Source of the DNA: Camelus ferus
Taxonomy: Eukaryota
Length of the DNA: 64,000 nt
NCBI RefSeq assembly: GCF_009834535.1
Contig: NC_045698.1
Coordinates: 5,954,001 to 6,018,000, forward strand
Direction of reading: 5' to 3'
Position 1 is the stretch's first letter, and each line of letters starts with the position of its first letter. A program made the position numbers and the translations under genes. The notes under the pieces were generated by a model. The model was not told the DNA's origin, ran no database searches, and worked only from the letters and a program-made list of their open reading frames with translations. Positions 62,160 to 64,000 of the stretch are shown here, piece after piece.

Positions 62160-62790
62160 TAGTGACCAATGCCGAAATATTGTTCCTGGATCAAGGGCAA
62201 GTCTGGGATATTTTGCCCTTACAAATAGACCTGAATATGGGCCCAGCTCTACAAAGTTCAGTTAAACATGTCCCTTGCTCTCTGCCTCAAAACAACACAG
62301 TCTCCCCTCTGCCTGGAGGTGGAGCCCTGAAAGAGACAAGGATTCCTTTTCTAGCAAGCCCCCCATTTGTTAGCCAGGGATTGGGCCTGGGAGGACTGGC
62401 ACAGCCCTGACAGCCCTCTCGTCTTCAGCTCTGTTTCCTGCCCCCAGGCCTCTATTGGCACTGCAAAAAATTAATACACAGAAACCTCAATTAAAGAGAG
62501 CCAGGAGACCAGAAGGGGAGCTCCCATGCTCTGTGACTATGGCAGAGTCCAGCAAGGAAGACGGAAGACTCCTTTCCTGGCAAGGATTCAGCCAAGGAAA
62601 ATCCATGGACTCTGTTTCCTGCAGCCCTCCCGTCTTGCCCCCTGTGTTCAAGTGCTCTCCTCCCCTCGCTGTGAGGGCGCTTGCGTGAAGCTTGCTGTGG
62701 TAGCAGACCAGAACTGCAATTCTCAGCTAATCCCAAATAAACCCGTATTTGCTGGAGAAATATCTGGCAATTCATCTGTTTAGGTCAACG
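62160..62790 (+). mobile_element. Probable ERV1-class LTR
   Basis: 3' part 'cccaaataaacccgtatttgctggagaaatatctggcaattcatctgtttaggtcaac' has a polyA signal and an LTR-like terminus; 5' boundary uncertain. Confidence 0.55.
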
Positions 62791-63523
62791 GTACCAACGG
62801 TACCAGTTTAGGAGTGAGGGATTGGGACTTTTCCAACATTAAATATTGTGATTTCAATGGTCACCCTAGATTATTGCTTCTAGAGAAAAAGTTCCTCCTT
62901 CAGAAAAGCTATGTTTTCTTCCTTTACTGATTTATTTCCAGTGTCTTTTCTATCAAGTCCTTTAAAGTTCAGCCACCACCAGCACTTGGTGTTTGTCCCA
63001 AAACACAGCAGCAAAAAATTTAACAAAATGCGGTGCTATCCCATTGCAGGCTTCCCTGCTCCGTTCTTGGGAAAAACGTGGGATGCAAAACAACCTTTGC
63101 TCCCTCCACTTACCTTGCAGATTCCGCAGTTAGCGTCTTTCCTTTGTCCCATCTCAACTCCAGGTGCCATTCTCTGGACCAGCTGGACTCTTTTGGATGC
63201 ACTCCCACTCTGGTGGATTCAAGCAAAGGAGAAACTTGTTGAAGTGACTCAGGGTGGCTGAAAAGTCAATCTTCAGGACAAGAGCCGGAGACCAAAGGGG
63301 TCGTGGGAAGCGAGATGCAACAGACAATCCATTCAGGGTGCCAAGTTTCATGTAATTTCACCTTTGAGTATATCTGTTATGTCTTCCCCTCAAGATTCAA
63401 GTTCCAGAAGAGGGAAACTCTGATTGCCCTAGTTTGGTTCTCATCCGTCTCCTGCAGCGGGGCCGGGGCTTAGGGAGAGGGCAAGGTAATCAGTATTCTC
63501 ATTGCCTATGATTTGGGGGGAAA

Positions 63524-63630
63524 CGGGATGACTAATTCTTGATTTGTGTGGGAATTAGTTTTGTTACTAAAAGTCTTACATCCTAGGAACCCCTGCAGTC
63601 CCATGAGAAGTGGGGATAGTCATTCACCGT
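63524..63630 (-). mobile_element. MER81-like hAT MITE
   Basis: 'gggatgactaattcttgatttg...gttttgttactaaaagtcttacatcctaggaacccctgcagtccc...attcaccgt' resembles the reverse complement of the MER81 consensus with decayed AGGGTGACC TIRs. Confidence 0.55.
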
Positions 63631-64000
63631 AGAAAGGAAAACTTGGTCCTCACAAGAAAATGGAGACATTTTTAGCAACGGCAGAGTGAAAGCTGGGCTG
63701 GCCTAAAACAGTAAATACACATGACAGAATGAAAAATGTAGATGTTATTATGGCAAAGGAGGTATAGATGCCCGGGAGGAGAAAAAGTCTGTTAACTTGA
63801 GCCCTCTTGTGGTTCCAGGTGTGGTATGTAATTTTCTGCACGCTGCTGGGCCACCAGGGTGGGAAATACAGGAGAGAAAGAGAATTCCAATATGTGGACT
63901 TAATCTTCCATCCTTGACTCTGAACCCTGGATTCCTTTCAAATGAGGAGGAATTCATTAGTTACCTACGAACCTTAAAGCACTGTCATTGACTCTTCCCT

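Noticed and set aside
1..64000. Prokaryotic-style systems (CRISPR arrays, operons, defence islands)
   Set aside because: The sequence is mammalian; there are no regularly spaced repeat-spacer arrays or dense ORF clusters

Overview
Mammalian nuclear DNA, most likely from a camelid (inferred from a tRNA-derived SINE at ~32866-33121 and artiodactyl-type young L1 3' ends). No intact protein-coding gene could be recognised. The supplied ORFs are chance ORFs, GC-rich CpG-island ORFs or decayed L1 ORF2. The window is intergenic or intronic and rich in transposon fossils: L1, L2, MIR, MaLR/ERVL/ERV1 LTRs, Tigger-type MITEs, MER5A, MER81 and a hAT/Zaphod transposase remnant split by an L1. The main non-repeat signal is a strong CpG island at ~41660-42230 with no coding exon nearby, flanked by compact motif clusters. 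Several well-formed but apparently non-coding exon candidates lie to its left, suggesting a lncRNA or long 5'UTR, but this is unproven. Repeat subfamily names are from remembered consensus sequences and boundaries are approximate. I found no convincing evidence of a novel biological system.
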